A stretch of DNA of 64,000 nucleotides from Lama guanicoe (GCA_013239625.1 MU056000.1:9556232-9620231); one strand, 5' to 3'. Counted from the stretch's first letter, positions 26,050-39,596 are shown. Numbers and translations: made by a program. Notes: generated from the sequence alone by a model not told the origin.

Positions 26050-26340
26050 TAATGGATTGTTTTTACTCTCCTGAAACATAACAGATGCAAGGGCAAATAC
26101 AATGACAATAAGGGAAGGAACTCCTCCTTCCTCTCTTTTCTTAGAGCAACTACTTTAGGAAAATTGTAATTGTAAGTTCTTTATTTCTTTGAAATGCATG
26201 TAAGTCTTTTTAAAGGCTAAATAGACTTCTCAGCTTTAAGTCCCAGCAATGTCTTTCTCAAGAACATAGGAGCCCTCTCTTTGAAATGTGGTCATCTCAG
26301 GAGCTAGAGACACACCTGCCAGTCTGGGGCAGGGAGGAGC
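26050..26340 (+). mobile_element. ERV1 LTR fragment (MER34A-like)
   Basis: ttttcttagagcaactactttaggaaaattgtaattgtaag...gtctttctcaagaacataggagccctctctttgaaatgt. Confidence 0.75.
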
Positions 26341-28972
26341 TGCAGGGAAGGGGGTGGGCATAGCTCCAAAGCCTCTCCCCTCAGTGGGATGTTGACAACA
26401 AGGAAAGTGGCAAGAGGAAAATCAACATGTGCCATGATTAGCATCCTGCTATAGGAGCAAAAAAATCACGTGTAACGAGGTGAGCTGAATTTTGAGTTAA
26501 AGGCCATCGCAGTCCCTTTGAGAACTTTATCCAGTTGCTTATCAGCACATGAAAAGGAGCCTCCCTTCTACTTGGCTCCTTTTGCAGCTTCGTCTTTACC
26601 TGAGAGGGTAGCAGCACATGGTGGGGAATGCTGGTAACTAAGCACTCATTTCAAAAATGTGAGCAGACACAGAGTGGCTGCAATATGAATCCAGAGGTAA
26701 TGCTGGGATCAAATGGAGATTCAAAGTCTGGGAAAAGAACAGCAATGGACAGGGGCCAGGGGCATGGTGGAATAATGGCAAACATCCACGGAATGGTACC
26801 TCTGTGAAATATGCCATGCTAGGTGTTATTTGATAGTCACAATAAGCATGAGACAGAACTGTCAGTAGCCCCATTTTACAAAAGAAGAACTAAAGCCTAG
26901 ATCCCTTAAGCAACTGATGTGAGTGAAAATTCTAATCCGAGGCCAGGTGATTTCAAAGCACAGACAGTAACCTGTGTAGTGAGGCACTAGGATTCAGAGA
27001 CCTGGGCTCTTTTCTACTCAGTGTGAACTTGGAAAAGGGTTGAAACATCTCTGGCTGTCAATATGTGCATCAGAAATGAGGTTTACTAACAAAAGTCTTG
27101 CTGCCTTAGAGGATCAAGGAACATGGCAGATATAAAAGAGCTTGCTTGGAAAGGTCTAAAGTACAGTGCGGGAGCAAAGTGTTGTTATTTACCCCAACAG
27201 TTAAGGGGGCAGGAAATCAGAGGAGAGGCCTCCTCATTGAAAATTTTATTAACACACAGAGAAAACAGCAGAGGAAAGGATTTCCTGGACAGCATCCCCT
27301 GCCTTCCCTGGTACTGTGGGAAGAGCATATCCAACCATTGAGCCATGTCAGCTCCATAGCTCCATCATCAGAAGCAGCTTCCAGAGGATTCTTCACTGTG
27401 CAGTTCAGACAAAAGACCTGCTAATCTGGAAAGATCAAGGTTGTCACCTTGCAGCAGAGTGTCTTAGAGGGATATTTTACATCTGGTACCTGGCATGTGG
27501 CTTCTTTTCAGAAACATAAAAGGACAAGGTAAGGTTCCCAAAGACACCAGTGCAGCATCTTTCAGAGTTGTGAGAGGGTCTGATGAGGCCATGGAGGGAG
27601 TGAGGTGGAACTCGGGCAGGTGGTCCTTAGCTCAGACTTCTGTGGCCTGCCTTGCTGTGTACAGACTAAGCAGCTGCAATAAATGTCTATTTATTCTTAT
27701 AAACCAGTTAGTGGCTGACTCAAGATTGAAGGGGTTTCTCATCCATGGATGGTCCAAGTGAGGAGGGAGCTCTCTCCATGGGGATCCAGGCTGGAATGGC
27801 AACTCAACATGGTGTTGTTCAAGTAGAAGCTTACAACAAGTTCTTAAAAAAAATAAAATAAAATGAAACAAAATTCCTGATTTGTAGCATATGCCGATTT
27901 CCATGGTATAAATACTCCAGCACAACCAATGTCAAGACACTAACAAGATGCCATCAAATGCAGAGCCGGGAGATGTGCACAGTTGGCTCTTGTGCGCCTT
28001 GCCAGCCAGCTCCAGCCCACTACTGCCCCCGTCTCTGGGTTTCAGGAAGCAGCTTCCGTTTCTGCTGCTTCCCAGGCAACGGAAACGGAGTGAGGGAGAG
28101 TGACAGTAACTATCTTCCTTATAAAAATGTGATCTTAAGGCTGTTTTCACATCCCTCTGGCTAAAACAGGGTCACATTCCTAGCTGCACAGGAAGCTTAG
28201 AAACGTCGGCGTCTCTAGATGGAGGAGATGTTACATGTTCCCACTCAGCTGAAAAAGAAGGAAATATATACTTCCCTCTTTTGCCTTAGCCCTAAATCCC
28301 TTGAAATGACAAGTTTCCTTCCCTTCCCATCCCTTACCTACAGTCCAGTGAAATTCTGTGAATGTCTGCCATGTGATGGAGAAACCACATCGTCTTACCT
28401 CCCCCACCTAAGGAGGGAGGAGTCCCTTAGTGAAAATGAATTTCATGGGCAGAATTATCAAATTGCTCGAACAAAGAAACATGCATTTAAACATTGGAAG
28501 CTTCTACTTAAATTCACTGAGGTAGGGGACTATGGCTGTGATTATATAATGGAAAATAACCAGGTGAGAACTCCAAACGTACAGTCGAGCAAACAAATAT
28601 TGCTCCTAATTTGGACCATTTTTAAGCCAGTGATTTTCCACTTCTCCCTCCCCATGTGCTTCTCTTTGCTACAGTCTAAAGGTGGGTCCTCATGGAGAGT
28701 TTCAGTTTTGCTTGTAGGTTGAGTTCACACACCACTCCTTTAACAAACTTTTCAAGTATCTGTGATATTTTGGATTCTCACTATGCACTAAAGCTAAAGT
28801 GATGAAGGTAAGACCTCCACAGCAGGTATTCATGGTGCCACATGAAGCTAAGGTGTGCAATATTTCATCAAGTCGGCTGAGAAAAGTCACTCAAAATCAA
28901 TAGTTAGGCAACATTTATTGAGGATTTTACAAGGAGCATTTTCCAGTGGAGGTTCTGTTGGCATTTTGGTAT

Positions 28973-29312
28973 TGTTATGGACTGAACATTTCTGTCCTCC
29001 CACAATCCATATATTAAAGTCCTCATCCCCACAGTGATGGCATTAGGAGGTGGGAACATGGGGAGATAAAGAAGTCTTGGGGGTGGTACCTTTATGAAGA
29101 GACGTGCAAGCTTGCTCCCTCTCCGCTCTCTGCCACATGAGGATACAGAAAGAAGATGCACGTCTGCAAACCAGGCCGTGGGCTCTCACTGGACACCGCA
29201 TGCACAGGCACCTTGTTCTTGCACCTCCAGCTTCTGGAACTGTGAGAAGTAAAGGTGTGCTGTTTAAGTCACCTAGTCTACGGTAATTCATTACAGCAGC
29301 CTAAACTGACCT
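28973..29312 (+). mobile_element. MaLR solo LTR (MLT1A0-type)
   Basis: tgttatggactgaacatttctgtcctccc...gtgatggcattaggaggtggg...gaactgtgagaagtaaa...tgtttaagtcacctagtcta. Confidence 0.88.
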
Positions 29313-29331
29313 GTTTTAGACTGAGCTGACT

Positions 29332-29888
29332 CTATTTTTGTTGTCTATTTCTGAGTAACAAACTACCACAATCCTAGTGGCTTAAAGCAAGCTACATTTA
29401 GTTCCCGCAGCTTCTCCGAGTCAGAAAACTGGGCACAGCTTAGCTTGGTTCTCCACGAAGATACTATCAAGGCATTGGTAAGGACTGCATCCTCTCCTGA
29501 GGCGTCACTGGGGAGCGACCCACCGCTAAGTCTGCATGGGTGTTGGCAACATGCAGTTTCTTGTAGGCTTCCAGGGCGAGGGCCTCTTTCTTGATGGCGG
29601 TTGACCATGGGCCACTCTCTGTTTCTTTGACCCACGGCCCTCTCCATAGGGCAGCCCACAAGTGGCAGCTAACTTCTTCAAAACAAAAGAGAGAGTTCCT
29701 GGCAAGTCAGATATTATAATCCTTTATAATATAATCACATAGACCTCAACACATACATCCTGGCACCTTTGTTGTGTTCTACTGGTTGGAAACATGTTAC
29801 ACGTCCCTCCCACACTCAAAAGCGTGGGGATTTCACATGAACCCCAAAAGGAGTCATGGGGACCTAATCTTAGTCTCTGTCTGCCACA
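29332..29888 (-). mobile_element. MaLR solo LTR (MLT1F/G-type)
   Basis: gtaacaaactaccacaatcctagtggcttaaagcaa...tctgtctgccaca. Confidence 0.82.
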
Positions 29889-29889
29889 G

Positions 29890-30067
29890 GGTGGGACAAT
29901 TATTCCTGGGGTGTTACTGTCCCCTGCACACAGGATGTTTAACGCCCCTCTCCCCTGCATTCAAAACGCTGTAGTGCCCCACCTCAGTCATTTTGACAAA
30001 CAAAGCTGTCCCATGCATCCCCAGATGCGTGTTACAAGGCAGTAACTCTTCTGACTGAGAAACGTTG
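29890..30067 (-). mobile_element. hAT MITE (MER20-like)
   Basis: actgtcccctgcacacaggatgtttaac...cagtcattttgacaaacaaa...tgagaaacgttg resembles reversed MER20. Confidence 0.55.
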
Positions 30068-31089
30068 CAGTCTCTGATGATCAAACTGACCATCAAATTG
30101 TCAAATTTCTATTCACCTTGTGTACTAGAGATATCACCAGTGACTAACAAGAAAATAGTCCTAGTATTTTCACCTCACAAGTAACGTATCATAGACAGTA
30201 TAGCCAATCCACCGAGCCAGGAGTTACATTAAGTAAAGCTTAATTGGAAGGGAGACCTTTAAATAAAAGTCGCCCTAAAAATATATATTGTTTATTTCAT
30301 CATGAAAAACATATCTTTTTATGTACATGAAACAAAAGATAGTGGTTTCAAGGAAGTTTTCATTCATTAAACATCCACAAACCTAGACCCACCATTTTTC
30401 TGGTGAAAATCCTCTATAAACTTTTACTTGATTCTTTGGAAACTAAAATATTCACTTCCTCCTGCAGCATGGTGGCACAACTGGTAGAGTACATGTTTAA
30501 ATTCCCCAGAGGATAGTCTTCATTTAATGTCTTTCCAGACTCTCCTCAGAATCACTGATACAAGAAAAGATAATTGTGTCATTTTCCAGTCTCATTACAC
30601 TCCAAGATTTTTCTGACAATGGGTTTAGTTGATACCTTTCAGAGCTCTCCTCAAAGATACAATCAAAAGAAGGAGAGTGCATCAAAGAATCTGGGGCATT
30701 TTTTGTTGTCCTTCATCCTTCATCATGAGATAAATTAAAAATAGAAAGAGACTCCAAATGAGACCTATTCTTGTTACCTTGCAATTCTTCTGGGACCAGC
30801 TTACTAGTTACAAAAGCCACCTTTCTTGGTTGAAATCTAACTTCTGCACATGTTTAAGGTTTTCAAAAAAAGTAGACGAGCCCTCATGACCTTTTCTAAC
30901 AGACAGCTGCCATATAAATACACTTCATATAAGCTTTGTAAATTTAGAGGAAATTTAGGACCTTCTTCATTTTAGAAACTCATGGAATCTCAAGCCTGAT
31001 AATTCAACATTCAACACAAAAGTCTTCTTCCAGAATAAAACCCAAAGACTGAGCCAACCCCAGTTTGAAAAGACGGATCTCTTAAGGAC

Positions 31090-31222
31090 ATTTCTCAAAT
31101 TTGAATGTGCACAAAAATCTTCCAGGATCTTATTTAAAATGCAGATTCTGATTTAATAAGTCTGGGATGGGGCTTAAGATACTGCATTTCTGACAAGCTC
31201 CCAGGTGACACTAGTGCCCTTG
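31090..31222. mobile_element. MER5-family hAT MITE (second MER5 piece at about 31620-31752)
   Basis: aaaatgcagattctgatt...tctgggatggggc...tgcatttctgacaagctcccaggtga. Confidence 0.8.
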
Positions 31223-31224
31223 AT

Positions 31225-31405
31225 CAGGGCTGGGCTTAGGGTGACGAAAGTGAGGTCCTTGCCTCCAGCACAAAAACTAAGGAATTTCTCAAAACCTCAG
31301 GAATCAAAATTTTAAAAAACCTTTTAGGGCAATATTTAAACAATCAAAATGAATGCAAAAATATCTATGATCCAAACATATCAAATATTTTAAGAAAGAC
31401 AGGCA
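31225..31405 (+). mobile_element. MER96B-like hAT-Tip100 MITE fragment
   Basis: cagggctgggcttagggtgacgaaagtgagg...aatcaaaatgaatgcaaaaatatctatgat...aaagacagg. Confidence 0.75.
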
Positions 31406-33022
31406 ATAATTTGTGCTACAGCTCTACACCGTTGCACAGCAGAAACCATTGCTTCCAACCCATGCTTCCTGCAGACCCCACCAGGCAAGCTTAGGAAGAA
31501 TAGCAATGGCGTGGAACAGACTGGGCATGAAGGGGCTTTATATATATTGTAATATATATTTTTTAATTATAGAGCCTTCATTAACATTTTCCACTTGGTT
31601 TGCATTGTGGTAGGAGAGGCATGGACATCATCAGGGAGCTTTGCAGAAATTCAGACTCTCAGGTCCCTCCCACTCCAGAACTTCAAATCAGAATCTGCAT
31701 TTTAACGTGATCCACAGATGATTTTACATATGATAAAATCTGAAAAGCCTGGCTTTATAAATTTCTGATCTCTCTCATCAAGATATGAGCTCTCATTTCT
31801 CTGTCCCTCATGTGTGCCTTTTCAGTAGTTCTGAACCTCTGTATTTGGGTGGTGTCTGTGCGTCTTAGGTAAAGAAGAAAGCAAATTTCCTGTAGTATCC
31901 TTATATGTTTTATATTCTTTATCATGTTTCTTAGCCAACAATGATAAATAGGCTCTAGAAAGAATCCCATTTACCCTTGGAAATAAGAGGAGGAATTAAA
32001 AAATAATCGGGCTTTATGACCACAGGAAATGTTTGACGTCTACCTGGTACCAACTGTTCTCCTGTAGAGAGATGGATAACTTTTCAAGAAGAATGTCAGG
32101 ACTGACTGCATTAACCTTGAAACATCAGTCCCTTTGGGTTGCAAATTTCTGAAATCTCAAAGGTGAGGTTTTTGGAAGAAAAGGGCAAAGAGGAAAGAGG
32201 TGGTGGTGGAAGAAATAATCCTGCCTCAGAAGCAAAAATGAGGGTCTCTGAAACTAAAACCTGGGCAGTCTCATGGTCAGAAGTGGCATTTATCACTACC
32301 ATTCTCCTAAGTGAAATGCATGCACCTGTCAGGTAGAAATACTAGCATCTACCACTCCCTCCAGGAAAGCGCATCTTCCTAGAAAAGTTTAAAATAAAAA
32401 GGCATCGGCTCCTTTCCACCAGCAGGGAACTGATGTCCTGAAGAACTGAACAACTGAACAATCACAGATTATAGAGTTATAGTTTTGAAGAATACTTAGA
32501 TAGCAATTTGCCTGTGATTATTTACAAGCCAGGTATCTCCCGAAATAAAATTTTGGTCTGCCATTATAGAGAATCGATACTTTTTAAGAGTTCATTGAGA
32601 AAAGTGCTATTCAGTGAGATGGAATAATATACTGACTCATCAATCTATATTCAGAGGACTAGCCACAATGACACCAAGAAGGGATGGGAGCAGAAAAGTG
32701 AAACTAGATACAGAAAGGAGCTGGGGGTGGGGTACAGTGCGGGGATGGGGAGTCAGGTGTGAAATCAACGAGGTCTTGAACACACTCTATTTCTCCTGAG
32801 AACAAAATAACGAACATTGATGAAAAAACTGTGTATTATATAATGTGACCCTAAAGCCACCATTCAGTTGGCACACAATTTTTAGAGACAGCCCCCACCC
32901 ACCACCACTGCACTTGATGTAAACTGGTTCGTATAACTTAACATCAGAAAGTAAGAAAGTGTTAGCAGAATAAGAATCATCTTTCATTTAAATAGTTCTC
33001 TAACAAGGAAAGGTTAAATCTC

Positions 33023-33061
33023 AGAAATTACTGCTGGGGAAAAAAAAAGAAATTACTGCTG
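33023..33061 (+). repeat. 14-bp direct repeat flanking GGG+A8 (putative poly(A)-only retro-insertion with TSD)
   Basis: agaaattactgctg at 33023-33036 and 33048-33061, with gggaaaaaaaa between. Confidence 0.8.
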
Positions 33062-33724
33062 AAAAATGCCATTTTTCTTTTGACATTTTAGGTCACTAGC
33101 ACTGCTGTTCGGTAATTCCACATTTCAGACCTGCAGAATCATTTTTCCCCTCCAGTGTTCTTTCTTTTCATTGCAGTATGTGTGCCACTCAGTTTGCTTT
33201 GTCTGATATTTGATTTGACTGTTATCCTACTTCATTTCTGCTCTCTCCGTCCTACTTTTTGGGTGTTTTTGTTTTGGTTCTTTTGGTGCTTGCTGGAAGA
33301 GTTGGATTGATAGCCCAAGAGACCAAAATCCTCTGTTTATTCCAGAGAAAAAGTAAAGAGAAAAGCAATGAGATTGTTAGCTTTGCTGACACCCAGCATG
33401 ATCAGTCTTACTGCTGAGCCCCAGCTACCAGAAAGCTCACCCACTGATCATTCTGTTGTTCTTCCCCAAGTGACTGGCGACCTGTGGGGCAAGGCACAAA
33501 AATACTAACTTCTAAGGAAATACCTAATGTCTTGGTATTTAATATGGGTGGTAGGTGAAATCTGCAAGAAGATATAGAACACATATGTCTCTTAGCTATC
33601 CCATTTCTTACCCCCAGACTGCAGTGGACTTGGCATAACTTGGTAACAAGCTTGCAAAATTTGATATGTGTGCGTTATGTGCACAGGCAATGCACACAGG
33701 CATGTGTGTGGGCATGTATGTATC

Positions 33725-33870
33725 TGTGGTAAATTCTCAAACTTTTCATGTATTCTGTCACCAGGGATCTTGTTAAATTTCAGACTGTAAATGATCTGTG
33801 ACCTGAAAATTTGCATTTCTAGTAAGTTCTCAGGGAGCTGCTGGTCCAGGGACCTACGTTTTGAGTGACA
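33725..33870. mobile_element. MER5-family hAT MITE
   Basis: ttctcaaactttt...tcaccagggatcttgttaaa...ttgcatttctagtaagttctcagg...ggtccagggacctacgttttgagt. Confidence 0.7.
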
Positions 33871-35545
33871 AAGTTTATGTGTATTTGGAAACGACCAAGA
33901 AGTACTTGTCACCAATCAAGTGCCTCCGTCAGTTATTTCTGGAGTTGGTTTCATGATAGAAATAAGGAAATTACCTTGATACCTAAGCCACTAACACTTC
34001 TGCATCAGTTCATTTCATCATGGTGACGAACACTGATGGAATAAGGAATCCATAATTCAGGAAGAATCTACATTTATCTAACAAATGCTCTCTCCTGTGT
34101 AAAGCCCTGGAGCAGTACTAGAACCATAAACGTGTAGAGTAGAGGATGCTCATACCATGCCCTCATTCTTAAACTTGGGCAGTCTGTTAATCGGTACAAG
34201 CCCTCTTGGCTGGTTGGGAGCGTGCCCTAGGAGTCTCCAGCTGACATGAATCATTTATTAACCCACCTTCAGCTGGAGTCTAGACCATATTTTATTTTCC
34301 AAATAATTGCCTTTTTGTCTGCTTTCATTATGGTGGTTGACCTCAACATGCTACCATTTTAAGCAACAAGGAGAAATATGCATAATTTAAAAAAAATAGC
34401 TAGAAATGCCTCTTGTCCAATCACTAAAGGTTAATTTTTAACTTTGAGAGAATTCAATACCTAGTCTACAAGCCCATTCTCAAGACAAAATGCTAGGGCA
34501 TTTGCTTATATAACGAAGACTATTGGTAGAAAATACACATTGAAGAGAGAATATTTTGAATGAAACCCCTTTTTAGAGTTGGAAGTTGAGAGTTTCTGAA
34601 TGGAAAGTTATCACAGGATATCACTGTTCCTGGATGCTTCTTGGAATATAAGACTCATCCTCTTTCTTTATGTCTATAAACATCAAAAACACCCATATGT
34701 ATGCAATGAGAAGACAAAATCAAAAAGTAAGCAAAATCTCATGTCATTTTCCTTTTATTTTACTTTTAATTTTTCCTTATTATTCTTATTTTTTCATTTA
34801 CCATCATCTTCAGAGCCTGATCAACAAGACACCAACCATCTGCTTAAATCCTCACAATGCTGCACCTCATATTTTTGTCTTTCCTCCACTTGATCTATTC
34901 CTCCCCATTTTTTATGGTCTCTGAGTGTAACATTATTATACAGTTATGTCCAAAGAACTGACATGACCTTCTGTGCTCTAGAAAAACAAGCATTACATTA
35001 TTCTGCTTGAGGGTTTCTTCTCAACGAAGCAGACCACACTTTTGCTCTTAATTTTGTGTTTTAAGACTTTTCCCTAAAAATTAGGAGAAATGCCTTCTAA
35101 CTTGTGCAATAAACTCTGTTAAGAATAAAGCAATGATCACTTCTGATATTCAATAGGTATCATACTTATTTTCAGAAACCTCCAGGTTTGAGATTAGTGG
35201 ATTACTGAGGTTGTAATACTCTGTATAAGATCATGTTATAACTGAAAAGGACTTATACTCTAAATTATGCTATCTTAGAAATGGTTATTCATTTAAGCCT
35301 AAGATCACTAAGTCCCTACTTTATCTGCCTACTGCTCTAAAAAAAGTGATATGTCTCAAAAAGTTTCCAAGAGGGATGCCCAGAACTATTTTTCTGAACA
35401 ATATTCCTCAGAACACCACTTATGAGAATTGTCAATAGATATTGTTCTAAAAATGAAAAATTGTAACCAGGTAGCTTTGAAAAGCATGAATCCAAACATA
35501 TTTAAACAAGCTTTTTATTGCTGACTTCTCTGAGCTTTGAGAGTT

Positions 35546-35940
35546 CCATAGCAGAGACTGGCTAGATAGATGCTGACCACTTCTGCTTTCTACTTCTAGA
35601 CACATAGGATTGCCACATTTCCCAGCTGTCTTATTATTAATGTTAGGGCCACGTGACTGGTTTTATCCAACAGAACATGGTCAGAGTGATATGTACCATT
35701 TCCAGGCCATCACATGTCCCATCTCATTCTCTTACTTGCTTCACTGCCTGGGAAGCTGAATACAAAGGGTCCATTAGGGACCCCCAATGAGGCTGTGGGT
35801 GGTGGCACCAAAACGAGGGAAGGAACCACATGTTAAATCATACATGGAGGGCCACTTACTAAACACATAATCATATTATGACCTGAGTGAAACCTGGCTT
35901 ATACTAAGCCACTGAGATGTTAGGGGTGCTTGTTACAGCG
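35546..35940 (+). mobile_element. MaLR solo LTR (MLT1J-type)
   Basis: tagcagagactggctag...acatttcccagc...ggccacgtgactgg...taagccactgagatgttaggggtgcttgttacagc. Confidence 0.75.
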
Positions 35941-36665
35941 GATTTGTGAAAGCCACATGTTGCCATTTTGGCAACAAATTAATATTTCATAAATCTACTT
36001 TAATCATTGACTTTCCTCTTCAAATGCTTTTGTGGGCTTTATGTTAACCTTATGAAAGATTTGAACATCTATATTCAGCATCCACAGCCCGCCTCCATCT
36101 GGGTGTGGTCTGACACCCTCCTCCTCGGGGTGAAAGCTCACTCCAGTGGACCCGTTGTGAAGCAAAAGGCCACGTCCGTGCTCCCCCCCACGACGAAATC
36201 CCGCAACATCACAGTCACGCATAAAGGTTCACTTTGCAAACTAAATCCAAAGGCAAGGTTTACAGCATTCTAGTTCACAGTGCTCTTTCTCTACTGTAAA
36301 TTGTGTTTCCTGCCTTTCATTTTTATATATTCATATTTTAGAAAACTGCTCAGTCAATCAAAACAATGCTTATTAGACATCCATTCGGTATCAGGTACCA
36401 GACTAGGTCCTGAATATAGAGTAGGAAATGAAGGCTCTGATCCCTGCTCCCCATGAAGCTAACATTCTAGAAATAAACTACAATTTCTCAGAAGGGACAA
36501 TGTCTTACTGTCCTTTTTCAAACACCTAGTACATAACATAATTCATTGAGGATACTCAACACATGGAAGTGTCATTGCAGTTGTCACCTTGGCAGGATTT
36601 TCCTTTAATTATATATTCTCTTGCGTATTTTCTTTGCATTCTTCTATTTTTTTGCCTAAGGAGAC

Positions 36666-37260
36666 TATGGTAGCCACAGTTCAAAAGATATCCCCAGAAA
36701 ATCCCCGTCCCTCAGTCTTTCAATTAAAACACTAATCTGGGTACTGCTCTTAAGGATCTCTGCAGATGTGAATTAAGGCCCTGAACCAACTGGCCTGGAA
36801 TAGATAAATCACCCTGGGCTATCCAGCTCTGCTTAACATAATCACACAAGCAGTAGAAGGCAGAAAAGCCAATCTGAGAGATGCAGCAGAAGGGGAAATT
36901 AGATATTTGAAGAATGAAATTGCTGGAGACAGACCACAAAAAAGGCAGGAAAAAAATGGCTGTCAGCTTGGAGGAGCAAGTCTGGCCCCTGCCTGACAGC
37001 CAGCAAGGAAATGGGGGGCCCTGAGTCCTACAACTACAAGAAACTGAATTCATCCAACCACCGAAGTCTCTTGAAAGCAGATTCTTTCCAAGAGCCTCCC
37101 AGACCTTGATTTTGCCCTTATGAGTCTCAAAAGAGAGAACCAAGCTGAGCCATCCTGTGCTTGGTATTCTGATCTGCAGAGCAGGGAGGTAATACACTGT
37201 GTTGTTTTTAAGTCACTAGTTTGTAGTAACTTGCTATGGCAGTGATTGAAAACTAACACA
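36666..37260 (+). mobile_element. MaLR solo LTR (MLT1E-type)
   Basis: aaacactaatctgggtactgct...ctgacagccagcaaggaaatggggggccctgagtcctacaactacaagaaactgaatt...aaactaacaca. Confidence 0.88.
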
Positions 37261-37384
37261 GATTTATTAATTAATTTATTTATTCTTCAACCCACACAGG
37301 TGGAGTGCCTGGTGTGAGCAGGGCTATAGGTAGCAGAAATACAAAGCTACAAAGACAAGGACCCGGGACTTTCATTCCCATAGC

Positions 37385-37700
37385 CGTTGCCCCACCCTCT
37401 GCAGTGTCACAAGCTACCTGGCCATTCACCCTCCACTGGCAACCTTGAGGTGTCTCCTCTGTCCCTGTTGGGGTGATGTCAGAGGAGATCTAGTGAGGAG
37501 TCAGGATTTTCTCATCAGAATCCTGCAGTAATGAGGCCAGCCCTCCTTGGTGTCCATGGCGACCACTTGGGGATCCCAAACTCCCAACCCCGGCAGCAGT
37601 GATGAGGAACCCCTCTCCACCAAAGGCCAGTGGAGACCAGGTAAGAAACCTGAGCCAAGAGAAAGGTGAACTTTAAAAAAAATAAAACAGCGTCCAATCC
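37385..37700 (+). mobile_element. Ancient L1M 5'UTR remnant (L1MC/L1MD-like repeated monomers)
   Basis: Degenerate units gcagtaatgagg / gcagtgatgagg and tggcgaccac / tggagaccag. Confidence 0.45.
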
Positions 37701-39596
37701 AGCAGAAAAATCAAGTAAAATTATGGCTTCAGAAAGTGTACTATATGTTATTTTGAGACTATTGATAACTTGAAACATCAAGTGATCTGCAGTAGATAGC
37801 GGAGGGTGTAGGTGGACGATGATATAATTGTAATTTATGTTATGTAAGACGTAAATACAGGATATAAAGTGGTTTATCTTCTCTTCTGTGTTTTATTTTG
37901 TTTTGTTTTGTTTTTAGGAAACTTGGCTATGAAGACAAGGCACAGAATATAGCTAGAAGTAGAGGGAGGGATGTTTGTTATATAAGACGGGAGAAATTTA
38001 AATATATTTCCACCACAAAGAGAGAGATTCTTCAGAGAAAAAGGGATGAACAACTGTAGAGCAGGAATGATTGACTGTGGAAGTTCTCCAGGAGACCATG
38101 GGGACTCCAATTACTAAGAGATTAGCCTTGGACAGGAAAAGGCTTCCATCCCTTTTGAGATCTCAGAGCAGGGAAGAATGCTGAGCAGAAAGACATATGT
38201 TTTTAGTGGCAGGGGATCCAATCAACAGAGTGCTCTCTCAATGGCTTTGGGATTTTCTCAGTAGGTTAGAGATGCTGTAATTTGCAAATAGTAATGAGGA
38301 AGAAATGTGTTTTTAGGGTAGTCAAAGACATATACTGAGCCAATTTAATTAAGAAGTAATTCTTTGATCAGTAATTATAATAAATTAAAGCAACAATGTC
38401 TTAGTTTTTTTGAGTACTCACATTATTTTTGAAAAATAATTTCTTCTAGTCCTTTGTAATAAAAAAGAACATTAGTAAAATTGCAATGCTTTGCTAGTGG
38501 TTTTAAAAAAATGAATTATAGCTCTGCCATCTCCCAGGTATTTTCAGCCAATTTCTGCAATTTATTTGGGAAGAAAACCAAAAAAAAAAAAAGAGCCTAT
38601 TTTTAACTACACAATCAGAAAAGAAAAATCACTGAATAATAACATCTCTCTACCTCAGTTAGCACTGGGCTGCATCATTACTTATTGGTAATAAATGTCA
38701 CACTCCCCTTTCTTACCCCCTCTTCCTTTCCTTCTTTGCTGTTACAAACTGTGGATGGGCTTTGCTGTCCTAGAGGAGAGAGGTCTGGCCTTATTCTCAG
38801 TAACCGGAGATACACAGCCTGTTCAGCAAGTGTCTGAGAGGCAGAACCACCACGTGGGAGCTCAAAGACAGTGAAGCAGGAAGGGGGTGTGTTGCCATCA
38901 CAACAGCCAGTCTTATCAGTAAGTCCCAGGAGAGAACTGAATGGAATAAAAATGTGACTGAAGACATGTAAGACAGCAAAAGCCTAGTTAAAGGACTCTT
39001 TGACTAAAACAGAAAAAAAAAATGTGCTGATGCCACCCAATAGCACAGAGGTGTCTTCTGCTGTTGCCCTACGGCCTGGCTGCACCTGAACACAATTCTA
39101 TATACATTTCCAATCCTAATCCATCAGCATGATTAAGTATGCCCAGCAAGTACTAGGATGTGCCAGACGCAGTGTGATGCTAGGTACAATTGCCCGTTCG
39201 TTACCATGGGTTATAACTGAACACCAAGCCTGAAGCAAAGTCACACATAGAACACCCAGAGGCAGGCTAGAAACAGGAAGCTCTTGCATGTTTTTCCATA
39301 AGGTAATAGAGCACCTGGTTGTATTATTACTCTTTCCACTTCACCCACCAAAAAAGGGGTCATTGGATGATTCTGGAAAAGAGCCAGGTGATCCTTGCCC
39401 TAGTTCCACCACAATTTGGTTCAAGGATTCTTCAAGTAACTTGACCTCTTTAAAACTCAGAATTTCCTGAAAGAGAAAATTAAACTGGATCTATGGTTTG
39501 CTGAGATCCAGATACATTCAAGAATCAAATAGAAGTGATGGGCCCCACCTTGATCTCAGATACTTCATGAGCTGCTTCAATCCAGCTATGGATCCA

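Noticed and set aside
28219..28722. 167-aa plus-strand ORF
   Set aside because: No recognisable homology or exon structure; compatible with chance
32723..32750. G-rich potential quadruplex
   Set aside because: One long loop and no functional context; common in mammalian DNA
36724..37197. 157-aa minus-strand ORF
   Set aside because: Lies entirely within an MLT1E LTR
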